Shown piece after piece: positions 14,298-15,824 of a stretch of 15,824 nt of DNA. The notes beneath the pieces are model-generated. The model was not told the DNA's origin, made no database searches, and was given only the letters and a program-made list of their open reading frames with translations. The number at the start of each line of letters is the position of its first letter. The stretch's first letter is position 1. The stretch lies in IMG/VR virus record IMGVR_UViG_2663763282_000011; one strand, written 5' to 3'. Source of the stretch: a virus (lineage: Duplodnaviria > Heunggongvirae > Uroviricota > Caudoviricetes). Made by a program: the position numbers and the translations under genes.

Positions 14298-14363
14298 TGG
14301 CACTTTTTCAATGAAAATTGTTTGATCGAATCAATGACTTGATGTAGTGGTAAAAGGACATAT

Positions 14364-15824
14364 TTATTCATCTTTCGGCGCAGAATGCTGGCGACCAAAA
14401 ATCACCTCCATCCGCGCACCGCCCAGCATGCTCTCTCCGGCGACGATTTTACCCTCATATTGCTCGGTGATTTCGCGGGCTACCGCCAGCCCTACACCTT
14501 GCCCAGGGCGTAAAGTATCAACCCGTTGACCACGGTCGAAAATGACCTCTCGCTTGCTTAATGGAATACCGGGGCCATCATCCTCGACCACAATATAGAG
14601 ATGCTCGTCGGTTTGCCTTGCAGAAATTTCGACAAACTCGAGGCAATATTTACAGGCATTATCCAGCACGTTGCCCATCACCTCGACAAAATCGTTCTGC
14701 TCACCGACAAAGCTGATCTCTGGCGAAATATCGAGAGAGATATTGACCCCTTTGCGTTGATACACTTTGTTCAGCGCTGAGGTGAGATTGTCCAGCAGTG
14801 GGGCGACCGGATGCAGCTCGCGGCTGAGCAATGTCCCGCCGCGCATACTGGCACGATGCAGGTAGTAGCCAATTTGCTGTGAAATGCGGCTGATTTGCTC
14901 CAGCATTACCGGCTCAGCATCACTGACGCTCATCTTTTCACTACGCAGAGAACGCAGCGTACTTTGCAGCACCGCCAGTGGCGTTTTCAGACTATGGGTC
15001 AGGTCGGTGAGCGTCGTACGGTATTTGTCGTAACGTTCGCGTTCACTTTTTAACAATCGGTTCAGGTTTCGTACCAGACTGGTCAGTTCTCGCGTTGTGG
15101 CTGGATTGAGCAATTCGCGGTTATGTTCTTCCAGTTCGCGGACTTCTTTTGCCAGGGCTTCGATGGGGCGTAAACTCCACCAGGCGGCGACCCACAGCAG
15201 CGGGATCACTAACAGCAGATTGGCTGAGAGCACATAGATAAACCAGCTCCAGACCATATAGGAACTTTTTAGCTCCACCGGAATGGTATCCACCACCACA
15301 ATGGTTAATTTTGGCATCCGCGATGTTGCCGGGTAGACGTTTACCGCCACCGAGTGGGTCATCTCCGCGTCGTCATCATCTTCCCGCACTTCCTGCAACT
15401 GTTGCTGTATCGAATGATCTCCACTCAGCAAGAGGCTGGTATCGTTAACATCCGCTTCAATTTCATGAAAACCATTCGATTTCAGCCAGTCAGGCTGGAT
15501 CATTTTCATCAGCCAGGGCACGTCACGTTGCGCCCATAAAAGCTGCCCGTTCTCATCATAAATTAGCGTCATGGTGGGGCTTTGCTTGTCGATATTTTCG
15601 GGTAACTCGACATGCAACTTATTGTTTTCCCACTGCGCAAGGGTATAGAACAGATTGCTCTCGCCACGTAACAGCCGAAACGTAGTTTTATCGAAACTGA
15701 CGCTATAACCGATCAGCGCGACCATTCCGTAGGCAAGCGAAAGCACCAGTACTACCGCTGCCGTTGCCAACAGAAAACGTACCCGCAGCGAGAGCGGGAA
15801 AAAAAGACGCAGTAATTTTTTCAT
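14364..15824 (-). CDS. phoQ: Sensor histidine kinase PhoQ (PhoP/PhoQ two-component system), 486 aa, complete
   Basis: The translation is, from memory, essentially the E. coli PhoQ sequence ([49 protein letters not shown]...). Two transmembrane segments, an acidic periplasmic patch (EDDDDAE), an H-box ([12 protein letters not shown]) and an ATPase domain are all visible. Confidence 0.97.
   Translation of the reverse strand: MKKLLRLFFPLSLRVRFLLATAAVVLVLSLAYGMVALIGYSVSFDKTTFRLLRGESNLFYTLAQWENNKLHVELPENIDKQSPTMTLIYDENGQLLWAQRDVPWLMKMIQPDWLKSNGFHEIEADVNDTSLLLSGDHSIQQQLQEVREDDDDAEMTHSVAVNVYPATSRMPKLTIVVVDTIPVELKSSYMVWSWFIYVLSANLLLVIPLLWVAAWWSLRPIEALAKEVRELEEHNRELLNPATTRELTSLVRNLNRLLKSERERYDKYRTTLTDLTHSLKTPLAVLQSTLRSLRSEKMSVSDAEPVMLEQISRISQQIGYYLHRASMRGGTLLSRELHPVAPLLDNLTSALNKVYQRKGVNISLDISPEISFVGEQNDFVEVMGNVLDNACKYCLEFVEISARQTDEHLYIVVEDDGPGIPLSKREVIFDRGQRVDTLRPGQGVGLAVAREITEQYEGKIVAGESMLGGARMEVIFGRQHSAPKDE

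Larger units (their letters stand above)
1..14300. mobile_element. Integrated phage satellite with cf-PICI-like architecture (int-alpA-accessory ORFs-primase-ori-capsid/packaging module; no tail or lysis genes). Left end lies at or before position 1; right end estimated between about 13570 and 14360.
   Basis: Gene content and order on the + strand. Absence of tail and lysis genes is read directly from the ORF track. Boundaries are inferred: attL is outside the window and the attR core is not identified. Confidence 0.7.

Noticed and set aside
14315-14345. tRNA 3' fragment as integration target (GATCGAATCAA resembles a T-loop)
   Set aside because: No complementary T-stem or acceptor stem can be drawn around it, and there is no CCA-proximal structure. 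No tRNA or tmRNA gene is evident anywhere in the window.
14347-15539. Short + strand ORFs within phoQ (14347-14529, 15354-15539)
   Set aside because: Antisense to a confidently identified, full-length phoQ.
1-15824. Dedicated anti-phage defence cargo (restriction-modification, abortive infection, CBASS, retron and similar)
   Set aside because: No ORF of suitable size or with recognisable nuclease, ATPase, reverse-transcriptase or cyclase motifs lies outside the replication and capsid modules. Only small unassigned ORFs remain, so none can be claimed.

Overview
The window is almost entirely one integrated mobile element of about 14 kb, followed by a chromosomal phoQ gene on the minus strand (14364-15824, identity recognised from memory as E. 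coli-type PhoQ). The element reads left to right on the + strand: a P4-type tyrosine integrase, an AlpA-family regulator, a cluster of small ORFs (including one divergent Arc-like RHH gene on the minus strand), a P4-family primase/helicase followed directly by an iteron-type origin, then a complete HK97-type head and DNA-packaging module (major capsid, prohead protease, portal, head-tail adaptor, gp6-like connector, HNH endonuclease, TerS, TerL). There are no tail, baseplate or lysis genes. This is the architecture I recall for capsid-forming phage-inducible chromosomal islands (cf-PICIs), satellites that build their own capsids and take only tails from a helper phage. Points worth a second look: the major capsid gene carries an in-frame TGA where homologues have a Trp codon; several helically phased direct-repeat arrays sit at the island ends; a regulatory motif upstream of the capsid gene recurs at the right junction; and two N-runs preceded by poly-G (8612-8699, 11191-11352) leave the protease 3' end, the TerS 5' half and probably the cos region unresolved. 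All family assignments are from reading the translations, not from database searches.
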